A DNA stretch of 64,000 bases from Hypanus sabinus (taxonomy: Eukaryota): NCBI RefSeq assembly GCF_030144855.1, contig NW_026781221.1, positions 310,001 through 374,000 of the forward strand, read 5' to 3'. Below are positions 1-12,540 of the stretch, in pieces. Made by a program: the position numbers and the translations under genes. A model generated the notes under the pieces. It was not told the DNA's origin. It did not search any database and worked only from the letters and a program-made list of their open reading frames with translations. The stretch's first letter is position 1, and every line of letters starts with the position of its first letter.

Positions 1-60
1 TGGGACAGGGAAGTTGCCCTGCATATGAAATGAGCAGGTACACAAATTGGGTGTGACATA

Positions 61-270
61 GAGGGGTGACTGACAGGTTCGTGGCCTAAGGTGGAACGAG
101 TCGATTTTAGAAAACCTTGCAATTTTCAATTATCTGAAACAGAAATATGGCAAAAGTGATTAATTTCAAACTTTCATAATCACTCAAATAGTTGAACAGC
201 ACATACATGTACCGAGATCTGTATAACTAGACCTCCTAACATAGGCCATAAACTTATCAATCACCCCTCG
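61..270. mobile_element. Tc1/mariner-type MITE
   Basis: TIRs (c)gaggggtgactgacaggttcgtggccta / taggccataaacttatcaatcacccctcg, flanked by TA. Confidence 0.8.
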
Positions 271-417
271 TACAGCTCCGGCAGCTTTCCACACGCACAC
301 ACACACATATATATATATATACACACCCCCAATTTGGGTACCTGCTCATCACATGAATGGGACAAGGAAGTTGCCCAGTACACGAAAGGAGCAGGTACAC
401 AAATTGGGTGTGACATA

Positions 418-607
418 CTAGGGGTGACTGATAAGTTTATGGCCTAAGATGAAAGGAGTCAATTTTACAAAACCTAGCAATTTTCAGTTATCTGTAACGG
501 AAACAGCACAAAACTGATTAACTTCAAACTTTCTGCAAAATGACTCAAAGAGTGCAGGTACCAAGAGCTGTATAACATTAGGCCACGAACTTATCAATCA
601 CCCCTCG
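418..607. mobile_element. Tc1/mariner-type MITE (second copy)
   Basis: Same TIRs and TA flanks. Confidence 0.8.
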
Positions 608-699
608 TACAGCTCTGGCAGCTAAAAGACTGGCACTGCACCCCTGCTCCAGCCGTCCAGCAGAGCTCGGGCCCGGCCCTTTCCCAATGCAACCGGCCC

Positions 700-900
700 G
701 GATTTACACAAACCCGCCGGGATCAAACTCCACTCACCCCCGCTCGTGTCGGTGAACCGCCAACGACAGCTGCTTTCGGCAGTGCGCATGCGTTTATCAG
801 GATGTTCTCCGCAGCACCACCAGCGGTCGGAGGTACACATGACCACCAGTGGTCGGAGGTCCATACAGCGCCCCCAGTGCTCGGAGGCGTGTGGGACAAC
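700..900 (-). promoter_or_regulatory. CpG-rich promoter and first-exon candidate for a leftward gene
   Basis: NRF1-like TGCGCATGCG at 783-792 and minus-strand donor GTGAGT at 737-732. The site is conserved in the arm B copy. Confidence 0.5.
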
Positions 901-939
901 GGAGAGGCAAATCACAAACGTGACAAAGTCTGCACATGC

Positions 940-1370
940 AGGAAATCCAGCTCAGCACAAACAAAAGGCTGGTGGAACTCAGCAGACCCGGGAGCATCGA
1001 TCGAAAAGGGTCGACAGTCGACGTTTCCAGCTGAACCCTCCTTCAAGATTGAGATGGAATGGGGGAAATATCTAAATAAAATCGGGGCGGGCGAGAAAAT
1101 GCCTGCCGGGATGGTGATAGGTTGAAGCCAGGTGGATGGGAAAGCTCAAGAGCTGAAGAAAATAGAATCCAGAGGGAAGTGATAAGCACATGAGAGGACG
1201 TGAAAAATCAGAGAGGAAGAGGGGGAGTGTTCACTGGAAGGAGAAATTGATATTCATGCCATCAGGTTAGGGGGAGGAGCTACCCAGACGGAATATAAGG
1301 TGCAGATCCTGGACCCTGAGGGTGGCCTTAACTTGGCACAAGAGGAGGCAATGGGTTGACACGTCGGAAC
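940..1370 (-). mobile_element. Penelope-like element 3' fragment
   Basis: The minus strand at ~1245-1350 reads like the PLE ORF C-terminus (..ATLRVQDLHLIFRLGS..PDGMNINF). It is followed by a decayed hammerhead-like motif and the ctgctgagttccaccagc tail. Confidence 0.7.
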
Positions 1371-2249
1371 GGGAATGGGAATGGGAATCAGAATGAAAAT
1401 GTTTGGACACTGGGAAGTCCCGCCGGGAGCGGATAGTTCAAAGGTCAGTTTATTATCAAAGCAGGTATCCATAAACAACTCTTGCGTTTTTTTTTTCTCC
1501 AGAGAACCACAAAACAAAGAAAGAGCATGAAAGTCTTTCAGAGAGAAAAATCAAACTCCCACCCCACCCCCCACATCAACAAGAACGGCATCCCGATCAT
1601 CAACCCCCAAAACCCACCCCTCCCGCACAAAACGGAACAATAACATCGATCCGCCCCCCCAAAAAAACAACCCTACCCCGCACAACTGCGGAGCAGCTGG
1701 TGTCACCAGTGTAGAGGCGGCCGCATCGGGAGCAGCGGACACAACGGGCGTCCCCGGAAGATTCACAGGTGAAGTGTCGCCTCACCTGGAAAGATGTTTG
1801 TACAACGGAGAGAGATCGGCCGTCCGGCCCTTTCACTGTGACACCCCGAACTCCACATCAAATCCGTCCAAACGAATCTGGGCGAACTTTAATGACCAAT
1901 AAATATAATTCCTCCCAGCGATCAGCTCTCTGAATGATTCCCTGACTCTGAGAGGAAGGGGTGTCTATGGTCCACAGTGTCAGGGTGTTGAGTTTACCAG
2001 GAGACAAAGACTGCAGGGACGAGAGGTTTTCTGTTGACTAATACACTGTGTGTGGACCCCGCTGGCAATTCTGGTGTTGTGACCCGAATCGAGACAAACA
2101 CCACACTGCCCACTCCACCAACAACACGGCACAGCCGGTCACATATCACGGGACTTTATATCTCACAACACTGGATTCAGTGATGAAACCCGAGATTAAT
2201 GTTGTTGTCCCACTGGAATGATCAGAAACGTCCATTCAGGTGTTTTAAT

Positions 2250-2720
2250 TACAAGCGCTCCCACACAGGTGACGTCACACACGCGAATTCACGCGCCTGA
2301 CGTCACACATGGCCTGCCCTCACGTGCGTGGTGTCTTACATCACCGACACGCTGGTGAGCTCGAGCTTTATCGGTTTAACGGCTGAGCCACCAATCGCGT
2401 GACCGTCCCCACCCCCACCGCTGTAAACCAAAGCTTCAGGGGCTGCGCTACTCCCATTGATGCGAAGCAATGTCAATCACTGGTTACAACCAGTAATGGA
2501 GGCAGACAAGCCAAGTGGACATTGCCTCGCGGAAACTTTCCCACTAAAGTGTCAATCTCCCGTCAGGGCGGAACAAATCCCAAAGTAAATGTTCGCTTTC
2601 TGATTTATTTCCATTTCCGTCCAAGGGAAGTTGCGGAGTTTGTGAAGCATCTCCTGAGGCCGGAGTCTGATGTATCACTGAGAGGTAGGAGGAAACCGCT
2701 CGGCCCATCGGCGATTCCGG
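2250..2720. promoter_or_regulatory. CpG-island-like promoter candidate
   Basis: Two full CRE palindromes TGACGTCA (2270-2277, 2298-2305), E-box CACGTG (2321-2326), CCAAT (2391), GC box GGGCGG (~2566) and ETS-like motifs. Confidence 0.55.
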
Positions 2721-3004
2721 GAGAGAGGAGGATGATTTTACTGAAAGGATGAAGATGGTGTGAGAGGGGGCGGACAGGATGTTTGTCCCGGTGGGGACAG
2801 GAGGGGCTCATCTCTGGAAATGACTGAAACCCATGGTGGTGGCGAGCAGAGGGATTCACCACATTGGGGGGCAAACACCGGCACACTGTTACCCTGCAAT
2901 TGGAGCCAATGGTCCGCGCAAAGTGACAATTATTTGGGTTTTGTTGAGACTGTACCTAGAATATGGTGTAAAATCCCGCTCCCCATACTAACACGGGTTA
3001 TACA

Positions 3005-3290
3005 GACCAAAGAACAAACTGCCGGAGGAACTCAGTGGGTCAGGCAGCATCTGTGGAGAGAAATGGACCGTCAACATTTCGGGCTGAGACCCTCCCTCTG
3101 GACTGAGAGTGGACGGGAAATAGTCAGAGAAAGGAGGTGAGGGGTGGGGATGGGGCAAGAGCTGGGGAGTGAGAGGTGGATCCAGGTGAGGGGCGAGGTG
3201 GGAAGGTGGAAATAGTGACTGGGGTGGGAGATGAGTGGTTGGGGCAACACAGGGCTGCTGAAGATGGAAATTAATTCCGTAGAGGATTAA
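3005..3290 (-). mobile_element. Penelope-like element 3' fragment
   Basis: ggaggaactcagtgggtcaggcagcatct...gtcaacatttcgggctgagaccc, same family as 63599-64000. Confidence 0.7.
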
Positions 3291-4559
3291 CAAAGAGGTT
3301 AGAGAGTATTTGTGATAGAGAGTGCAATGAAGATTCACCAGACTGATCCCTGGAGTGGTGGGGTCATCATATGGAGAAAGATCAAATGCGATAACCCTTT
3401 CACTTAGGACTGAGAGGTGAACATATTGATATGCACAACATCATTACCAGTTGAACCAGGGATCCCAGTCTCTGAAAAAGGGGATGGACTGTCCCGGACT
3501 GAGATGAGGGGAAATGTCTCCACTCTGAGGGTGGGGAATGTCCCTAAAAACACACGACAGAGGGCAGTGGTGATCGTCCTCACATAAAACAGAGGCCGGC
3601 AGAAATGTGGAGACCAAAGGGATCGAGGAAATGAGCATTGTGCAGAAACAGGTGAGATGAGAGAGCAGCCGCCATTTTGTTGATGGTTAGAGGGGCTGAA
3701 TGGCCTCCTCTTGCTGTCTCTCACTTGATGTTTCAGTGTTCCTGTCCAGTGAGGCCGGAGGAATATGAATAGAAATTAGTGTTTATAAATATGGACTGAT
3801 TTAAATGAATCCTCCACATTTCTGGTTTGGTTATTGTTATGAGTTAGGTTCTACCGCTGCCGCAGAGACAACAAATTTCATGACATATGCTGGTGCAATT
3901 AAACTTGATTCTGATATTGATATGGGAGACCCACCACCGGTCACCTGATCCCAGTTACCGTAATGTGAGATTGAAGCATTTTCTATTTATTGGTATTCCT
4001 CAGAAAAGGCAACAGTTAAGTTTCCTTCTGTGGTTCCAAAGCAGAAGCTCTGTCTGTCTAATATTTCCACACAATTAAAATGGGGATATTGTTTATTATC
4101 ATCATGTACTGAGCTACAGTGAAAATCTTGCCTGATGTACCATCCACACAGATCAATACATTACGACAGTACATTGAGTTGATATACGACAAGACAATAA
4201 CTGTAACAAAGCATTATGGCTGCAGAGAAAGTGCAGTGCAGATAGACATCTGGTGCAGGGTCACGTCGAGTTACATTGTGAGGCCGAGTCCATTTTATCA
4301 TTCATTTGGCTTATAACCGCAGACAGGAAGCCGACCTTGAGCCAGGTGGTACGCGCGTTAAGGCTTTTGTATCGCTTACTTGAAGGGAGAGCGGTTTTGC
4401 AGCAAGAATGTCCAGGTCCTTAGGAGCTTTGAGTACATCGCCTGCTTTTCCGAGGCAGGGGAAGTGTAGGAAGAGTCCATGGAGTGGAGGCTTGTTTCTC
4501 TGATGTTCTCGGCTCTCCTAAGTTCTCTGCAGTTCCTTGCGGTCATGGGCAGAGGAGTA

Positions 4560-4835
4560 GCCATACGAAGGCGTGACGTATCGACAAGAAGCTCAGAGAC
4601 CTCGGCCTTCACCCTGTCTTGTGCAGCTGGATCCTGGACTTCCTGTCAGATCGCGAGAATGGGCTCCCTCACCTCTGTCTCTCTGACCGTCAGCACGCAT
4701 ACCCCACAGGGGTGTCTCCTTGCCCCCTCCTTTACTCTCTGTGCACCCACGACTTGTGTCGCCACTCACAGCTCAAATCTGTGAATTCAATTTGTTGACG
4801 ACATTACATTGATTGGCCTAATCTCAAATAATAAT
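4560..4835 (+). mobile_element. Rex1/Babar-like LINE RT fragment
   Basis: WILDFL..PQGC.L.P.LY.L.THDC...FVDD-like remnants. Copies lie at ~28990-29370 and, inverted, at ~56563-56800. Confidence 0.6.
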
Positions 4836-5505
4836 TTTCAATCAATCTCCTGACAAGACTTGGTCCAAACAAACTTGTCACCCTTCTTCAGGAGATTAGT
4901 CAGCGGAAGAGCGATGCCAGCAAAGCTCTTACAAAGTACTTACAATAATATCCAACCATTCCCAGAAACCTTCCAAGAGCCTTGTTACCAGTCGGAATAG
5001 AAACTTCAGAAAATTACCTGGACTTTTGCCTGAACAGAAGCCAACTTGACTTGACCTACAACATAGCCATCATAGGTCACAGTGGCATGGCCAAGTTCAC
5101 TCTTAGCTAAGTTAACTGTAATGCTGGCCTGGGAAAGCCTGTCAAACAGCTTTTCTACTGCAGAGATATGCTCTTCCCAAGTGTCACTCCCAGTGACTAC
5201 GTCAGTAGAACAGGTATCTGTGTGTTCCAACTCTCGAATTACAGAATCAATCATTCTCTGGAATGTTCCTGGGGCATTTTTCATTCCAAACAGCAAAACA
5301 TTGTTTTCGTACAACCCAGATGGTGTCACAAACACAGAAATTTCTCTACCTCCGTCCGTCAACGGAACACATCGATAATCTCTCAACAGATCAATCTTTG
5401 TTAGAAATATAGCTTTTCCAACCTTACGATGCAATCATTCAACTGAGGGATAGGATAGACATCTGTTATTGTTACTGCATTTACCTTTCCATAATCAGTG
5501 CAAAA

Positions 5506-6050
5506 TCTAGCAGTGTTATGCATATATAGTTTTAAATATATATGTCCCAAACTTAGGCGGTAAATGATACAGTCTTACGCTGGTGTGGTAAGGATATTCA
5601 GTTCAGTTCACAGGATTGAAGTGAGTGAGAAATTTGGCATTCAAGTAAACAGGTGTCGATGTTCTCCGAATCTTCCAATTTAGTCAAATGCAACCAACTA
5701 AAGAGCTTCATCTTCAAGTGAAATCTACCAACCCAGGCAAGGGTTTTCAGCAGATTTCACAGGGTTGCTCTCACATGCACTAATAGTCACAGACCGATTC
5801 ATCATAACCGATCCTCAACCCCACACGTGAGGGCATTTAAAACTTCAGTGACAACTCTTCCCACTAGCCTTTGTGTGTCTGCCTGTCCTATGAAACAAAC
5901 AGCAACGCTCCTTTAAATACCATTGTGCTGAACACCAGCTGTCCATCATGCAGGCCCTCCGCTCTATCTGTCTCTGTAACAAGCTGCTTGTGCTTGTCTC
6001 TCTCTCTGTTTTACAGACATGGTTCTTAGAGGCACAGTTCATAATCACAG
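5506..6050 (-). mobile_element. LTR fragment replacing ~20 codons of host RT; shared with arm B (55366-55906)
   Basis: Interrupts ..IIRP|RFCTDY..; carries the LTR family motifs aacccttgcctgggt and cataacactg. Confidence 0.7.
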
Positions 6051-9000
6051 GCCTAATAATACCATTGTTCAGCATATATTCAATTTCTTGCTCAGCCAAT
6101 TTACACTCTTCTACATTCATACAATATTCATTGTTACAATATACAATATATTCATACAATACAATATTGTTTAATTGGGTTGGCTTGACCAATATCTACG
6201 TCATATACTGTGACCGGAGTTTGCTTGGGAACGATGGGAAATAAATCTTTATACTTCAGAATTAATTCCTTCAGCTGTTGTTGTTGCTTTGGCTGCAGAT
6301 GAGCCAACTTGTTATCAATGATTTCTTGAACAACCGAGTTCATTAGCTTAACTGGGACAGTGTTTGGCTTGTGAAAAGTCTCGGACGAGTCAATTGTTTC
6401 ATTCTCAGGGTTGCCAGATTCAAATGTTTTGACAACACTCACAGATGGTGCCTGCTTGTCAACATAAGGCTTTATCTTATTTATGTGTACCACCTGTGTT
6501 GGTTTACGTTGGTCAGGTCTTTTAATAACATAATTCACATAGTTAACGAGAGATTATTTCATGCAGTCCATTGAGTTTCGCCTTAAGTGGATTCACCCAC
6601 ATTGGAAATAAAGCAAGCACCTTATCCCCCACCTGGTATTTTCTTTCGCAAGCCCGCTAATCAAACCAAAACTTCATTGTGTTTCGAGAAATCTTTAAAT
6701 TTTGTCTTGCTAGACTGCAGGACTGGTGTAGTTTGATTTTGAATTTCAAAACATAGTCTGACAAGTTAACATGTACATCCCATCAATCCACTGTTCCTGT
6801 AACAAGGTCAAAGGTCCCTCACTCTCTGACCAAATACAAGTTCAAATAGACTAAAGCCCAGTGATTCCTGTACTGACTCTCTTACTGCGAACAAAAGCAA
6901 ATGTATTCCTTCATCGCAGTCTTTTCCATTTTCAACACAGTATGTCTTAATCATTGTTTTGAGGGTAGAATGAAATCTTTCTAAACCCCTTGTGATTCTG
7001 GATGGTACACAGACGATGTAATTCGTTTAGCTCCCAGTTCACTAACTACCTGCTGGAATAATCCAGAGGTAAAATTACTTCCTTGATCAGATTGGATTTC
7101 TTTGGGCAAACCAAATAAAGTAAAAAACCTGGTAAGAGCCTTCGTCACAGTTTGAGCTTTAATATTCCTGAGAGGTAGTGTCTCTGGGAATCTGGATGAG
7201 GTATTCATAATAGTTAGCAAATACCGATGGCTTCCTTTAGTCTTTGGCAATAGGCCAAAACAATCCACTATAACTTTGGAAAAGGGTTCACTGAATGCAG
7301 GTATAGGCTGGAGTGGGGCCATTGGTATGACCTGATCAGGTTTACCCACAACTTGACAAGTGTGACAGGTTCTGCAAAAGATCACAACATCTTTCCTCAA
7401 ATTAGGTAGTAAAATTCCTTCATAATCCTTTTTACAGTATAATTCACTCCAAAATGGCCACCAAAGTACATACTATGGGCCAAAGTTAAGTTTTCAATCC
7501 TGTAAACTTTAGGAACTACAACTTGGTGAACAATTGCCCATTCCTCACTCGCAGGTATAGCAGGCGGCATCCACTTCCTCATTAACACTCCATCCTTGAG
7601 ATAATACCCTACTGGCACTTTCTTAATCTCATCTTCAGAAAGAGCTGTTTCTTTTAAAGCTTCAATCTCAGGGTCCCAGTTCTGTTCTGCTATAAACTAC
7701 TTCCTAGACAGGGATAAATCTTTCTCATCAGACTGTCTACATGAATACTGTTTAAACACTGAAGGCAGAAAAGTCCCTGACAAGTCAGCATAATCTGAAT
7801 CCCGATTTTGGCTATCATGGGTATCAGAATCATGCTGCACAGAACTGTCTGCGTCGGCAGACTTTTTAGCCATACTGTGAGTTACTGCGCAGGAAGGATA
7901 AATGTTAAAATCCATCTGTGGGTCGACAGTGGTTGGCTTAGTTGTCAACTGCACTGCAGGAACAACTTTACCATCTGCCAGGTCATTCTCTAACAGCAAA
8001 GTAACATCTTCCACCAGTAAACTGGAGCATAATCTGATCTTAGCAGGTCCCGAAATCAACCCTGACTGTAAAGGTCCCTTGTGCAATGGCACAGAAACCA
8101 CGCCGCCCCCAATGCCTTTAATAAGATTTACCTCACCAGTGTCAGTCTCATCACCAAACTTTAAAACGCTGTCTCATATAAGTGACTGAGAAGCCACAGC
8201 ATCTTGAAGAATTTTCACTGGTACCTTCGCAGACCCTTCCTGTACTAATACAAACCCATCAGATATATAATAATCAAATCCCTTCTTAACTCAGTCAGAA
8301 CTCTCAGTTCTTAACTGAGTCTCAACAGAATGTTCAGAACCCTGTGGGGTTATCGGTGCTTCAACATACTGAACACAGGCATTCGGGACTGGTTCCTTTT
8401 TCTTTTTCTTCTTCAGATGTCTTGCTAGACTACAGGACTGCTGTAGTTTGTTTTTGAACTTCAAAACATAGTCTCACAAGTTAACATGTACATCCCCATC
8501 AATCCACTGTTCCTTTAACAAGGTCAAAGCTCCCTCACTCTCTGACCAAATGCAAGTTCAAATTGAACAATTGGTCATCATATGAGCAGCTTTCTTACAA
8601 TAGTAACAAGTAAGACCAGAATATTTCTCCTTCAGCTGCTTCCCTTCATCCTTACTCGTGTCACTAGTCCCAGCTTTAATTTCTGGTTTACCCTGGTGAT
8701 CCCTGCTACTCTTTTGGAAACTCGTATTCTGGGTAACTTTAACAATATGAGTTAAAGCAAACTCATTTGCTGATCTAGCAGACTCCTGCAAAGTGGCAGC
8801 ATCCTTTTCATCTAAATATGCCTTTATGTCATCAGAGACGCATCTTTCAAATTGTTCAATTAAAACCAACTCTTTCAAGCTGTTAAGATCATCATTTATA
8901 TTCTTATATGTGCACCAGTGGTCAAAATACACAAACTTCTCATAAGCAAATTCCATATAAGTCTGCCTCACAGATTTCCAAATGTCTAAACTTTTGCCTG

Positions 9001-9234
9001 TATGCTTCAGGGACCAACCCATAAGCTTAGAGCACACCCTGTTTCACTATGTCAAAATCAGCTGCTTCATCAACTGTCAAAACAGAATATGCTTGCTGAG
9101 CCTTCCCCTTAATTACACTTTGTAAGAGAATATGCCAGTCCTCTTTTGGCCACTTTAAACTCTGAGCAACCTTCTCAAACAGCTGAAAGTATTCATCAAA
9201 CTCTGGCTCGTAAAAAGGAGGTACCAATTTAACT

Positions 9235-9322
9235 AACACACACAAAATGCTGGAGGAACACAGCAGTCCAGGCAGCATCTATAGGGAGAACCACTGTCGA
9301 ACCACTTTCCTCATGTTTGTTC
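9235..9322. mobile_element. 88-bp Penelope-like fold-back insert in gag
   Basis: 13-bp TSD TACCAATTTAACT (9222-9234 / 9323-9335). The empty site is present in arm B near 45855. Confidence 0.85.
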
Positions 9323-9846
9323 TACCAATTTAACTTACTGACTGGCCTCAAACTTATCACCAGAGTCTAATGCCAGACCCCTTTGCTGCAAACTCTCTAT
9401 ATTTTCCAGCTCTAACACCCTCTGTCTTTCTGCTTCCCCCCTCTGTTTTTATGCCTCTCTAGCCTCAAACTGCCTCTGCCTTTCTGCAGCCTCCATCTTT
9501 AATTTTTCTATCTTGTACTGGACCTCCAGCTCGCTAAGATTGCTTTCAGAAAACACCTCCAACTCCTCCACTTTAAACACACCCTCAGATAAATAATGTT
9601 CTGCTATTATCCTCGTCATATGTGCTCTCTTCATTGTCAATTTCACCTTTTACCAATACTCAACAACTCAATCCTACTGGCATCCTCTAATGCCTCAGAG
9701 GTTGAGGCTTCCGGAAATCTATCAACATCTATTGATGCTGATATTCCACACACAAATAAATCAAAAGGGATTTCCCCAATGAAATCAATAATTAATCAAT
9801 CAATATGCTCCCAAATCTGTTCATATCCAGGACACACCCCCAATTT

Positions 9847-10644
9847 TGTTATGAATCGTAACGCTTTAGAAACGAACCAGCAGCAATAGATGACACCTGA
9901 AGACTGTTTTTGATGATAAAAGGATCTTTATTAGAATCTAGTTATAATACAGTAACTTAAGCAAGATAATCAGAAGTTATGTGTATATATGTGTGTAAAT
10001 ATAACTTCCAAACTATTAAGCTTGGGGGAAACAAGGCTTCAAGTCTTGATGTGTTAGAGTATGAAAGTTCAGTATAACCACAGAATAGGTGATGAGAGAG
10101 ATATTTGTAATCCAGGGTAAATGGCGAGAGAAGGCAATTACGTCGAATTCCACAGGCTCCACTGTGGTAAAACGAGACAACAGTCGCTGTAGATTTTATG
10201 CTTCATCGTTCCAAATCCACATACAAATTATCACTGAAAGTGACTTGTCACAAGGGGTATCATCTTCAAGTGAATTATCACATCAAACCCAGAAAAGGGT
10301 TAACACATAACTGGTCTTCACAGGATACGCCAAATCCGATCCACACCTATGGATCAAACGAGGTGATAACCACACATTCGATATACGGTGAATCGATAAT
10401 TAACCCACCCTTGTGGTCACAGGAAAGTTCCAAACAGTGACCCTCAGCCACTAGTTCCCCGGTTCCGATCCTTCCACTTTTCCTCCTTCCTCTCCGTCTG
10501 AGTGTCTCTGTCCTCAGTTAAAACAAAACAAGCTGTGAGCAAATTAAACAACCTGCAAGTCAGACTGACTCACCATCCTAATTTCTGTCTCTCTCTCTCT
10601 TAAAATGACAGTCCACAGCAAACAAAACCTAGGGATTCATAATA
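9847..10644 (-). repeat. 5' LTR of the arm A Gmr1-like element
   Basis: Ends ..cataaca on the minus strand, followed by a decayed tRNA-Pro-like PBS. AATAAA at 9932-9927. Homologous to 44524-45346. Confidence 0.85.
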
Positions 10645-10714
10645 ACGACCTCTCCCCATTGTGAACTGACTGGTGTGCCAGTAGTTGGGATGACTGAGTG
10701 AATCCTTTCCCAAA

Positions 10715-12193
10715 TTATGAACAGATGAACGGCTTCTCCCCGGTGTGAACTTGCTGATGTCTCTGTAGGGTGGAAGAGCGAGTGAATCTCTTCCCGCATT
10801 CTGAGCAGGTAAACGGCTTCTCCCCAGTGTGAACTCGCTGATGAGTCTGTAGGTTGGATGACTGAGTGAATCTTTTCCCACAGACTGAGCAGGTGAACGG
10901 CCTCTCTCCAGTGTGAACTCGCTGGTGACTCTGTAGTGTGGATGACTTAGTGAATCCCTTCCCACAGAATGAACAAGTGAACGGCTTCTCCCTAATGTGA
11001 ACTCGTTGGTGACTCTGTAGGTCGGATGACCGAGTGAATCTCTTCCCACAGACTGAGCAGATGAATGGCCTCTCCCCAGTGTGAACTCGCTGATGACTCA
11101 GTACGGTGGATGAATGAGTGAATCTCTTCCCACAGTCTGAGCAGGCGAATGGCCTCTCTCCAGTGTGAACTCGCTGATGACTCAGTAGGTTGGATAACTG
11201 AGTGAATCCCTTCCCACATTCTGAGCAGGTGAATGGCCTCTCCCCAGTGTGAACTCGCTGATGTCTCTGTAGGCTGGATGAATCAATGAATCCCTTCCCA
11301 CATTCTGAGCAGGTGAACGGCCTCTCCCCAGTGTGAACTCGCTGGTGACTCAGTAGGGTGGATGAATGAGTGAATCTCTTCCCACAGTCTGAGCAGGTGA
11401 ATGGCCTCTCTCCGGTGTGAACTCGCTGATGACTCAGTAGGGTGGATGACTGTGTGAATCTCTTCCCACAGATTGTGCAGGTGAATGGCCTCACACTAGT
11501 GTGAACTCGCTGATGATTCTGTAGGTGGAATAACTGAATGAATCCCTTCCCACATTCTGAGCAGGTGAATGGCCTCTCCCCAGTGTGAACTCGCTGATGT
11601 CTCCGTAGGCTGGATGAATCAATGAATCCCTTCCCACATTCTGAGCAGGTGAACGGCTTCTCCCCAGTGTGAATTCGCTGGTGTCTCTGTAGGCTGGATG
11701 AATCAATGAATCCCTTCCCACATTCTGAGCAGGTAAACGGCCTCTCCCCCGTGTGAACTTGCTTGTGACTCAGTAGGGTGGATGAATGAGTGAATCTCTT
11801 CCCACAGTCTAAGCAGGTGAATGGCCTCTCTCCAGTGTGAACACGCTGGTGACTCAGTAGGGTGGATGACTGGGTGAATCTCTTCCCACAGATTGTGCAG
11901 GTGAATGGCTTCTCCCCAGTGTGAACTCGCTGGTGATTCTGTAGGGTGGATGACTGAGTGAATCTCTTCCCACATTCTGAGCAGGTGAACGGCTTCTCCC
12001 CAGTGTGAACTCGCTGATGTCTCTGTAGGCTGGATGAATCAGTGAATCCCTTCCCACATTCTGAGCAGATGAACGGCTTCTCCCCAGTGTGAACTCGCTG
12101 ATGTCTCTGTAGGCTGGATGAATGAATGAATCTCTTCCCACAATCTGAGCAGGTGAATGGCTTATCCCCAGTGTGAACTCGCTGATGAGCCAT
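10715..12193 (-). CDS. Tandem C2H2 zinc-finger protein, 492 aa, 17 complete fingers, no effector domain visible
   Basis: Uninterrupted 28-aa CX2CX12HX3H repeats with TGEKPF/TGERPF linkers. Candidate splice acceptor upstream at 13994. Confidence 0.93.
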   Translation of the reverse strand: MAHQRVHTGDKPFTCSDCGKRFIHSSSLQRHQRVHTGEKPFICSECGKGFTDSSSLQRHQRVHTGEKPFTCSECGKRFTQSSTLQNHQRVHTGEKPFTCTICGKRFTQSSTLLSHQRVHTGERPFTCLDCGKRFTHSSTLLSHKQVHTGERPFTCSECGKGFIDSSSLQRHQRIHTGEKPFTCSECGKGFIDSSSLRRHQRVHTGERPFTCSECGKGFIQLFHLQNHQRVHTSVRPFTCTICGKRFTQSSTLLSHQRVHTGERPFTCSDCGKRFTHSSTLLSHQRVHTGERPFTCSECGKGFIDSSSLQRHQRVHTGERPFTCSECGKGFTQLSNLLSHQRVHTGERPFACSDCGKRFTHSSTVLSHQRVHTGERPFICSVCGKRFTRSSDLQSHQRVHIREKPFTCSFCGKGFTKSSTLQSHQRVHTGERPFTCSVCGKRFTQSSNLQTHQRVHTGEKPFTCSECGKRFTRSSTLQRHQQVHTGEKPFICS

Positions 12194-12540
12194 TAGGTCA
12201 GATGACTGAGTGGATCCTTTCCCAGAAGTTCAGCAGATGACCAGCCTCTGCCTGGTGTGTTATGAACTGACTGGTGTGTGCACAGGTGGGAAGACTGACT
12301 GAATCCCTTCCCACACACGGAACAGGTGAATGGCCTTACCCAGTGTGAACTTGCTGATGTACCTTCAATCGAGATAACCGAGTCAATCCATTCCCACTGT
12401 CTGAGCAGGTGAACAGCCTTTCCCCTGCGTAAAATGACAGACATGCTAGTTGGCCAAAGGACCGAGTGAATCCCTCCCCACAGTCTGTGAAGGACAGATG
12501 GTCTATTGAATCTCTTGCTCCACTTCTTAAGTATCTAGTC

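Larger units (their letters stand above)
1..620. repeat. Tandem duplication of a ~357-bp unit containing a mariner MITE, with a (CA)n(TA)n microsatellite between copies
   Basis: tgggacagggaagttgccc...gcaggtacacaaattgggtgtgacata occurs at 1 and again at 358. Confidence 0.85.
4836..10644 (-). mobile_element. Decayed, 3'-truncated Gmr1-like Gypsy LTR retrotransposon (5'LTR-gag-PR-IN-RT)
   Basis: Broken ORFs: Gag with SCAN-like segment and CX2CX4HX4C (8558-9646), PR region (7697-8220), integrase (6981-7618), RT (5006-5434). IN lies upstream of RT. Confidence 0.92.

Noticed and set aside
622-3724. Short ORFs in the GC-rich left end as protein-coding genes
   Set aside because: They have no recognisable domains, overlap promoter-like DNA and repeats, and their frames are mostly not preserved in arm B.
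10644-10665. Independent, targeted Gmr1 insertions into ZNF linkers (the junctions differ by ~13 nt between arms)
   Set aside because: Both elements share the nested LTR fragment and the 3' truncation point, so one ancestral insertion plus a small deletion is simpler.
10600-12141. Repetitive alternative-frame ORFs (MGRDSL..., MWEEIH...) here and at 43368-44584
   Set aside because: They are shifted-frame readings of the 84-bp zinc-finger repeats.
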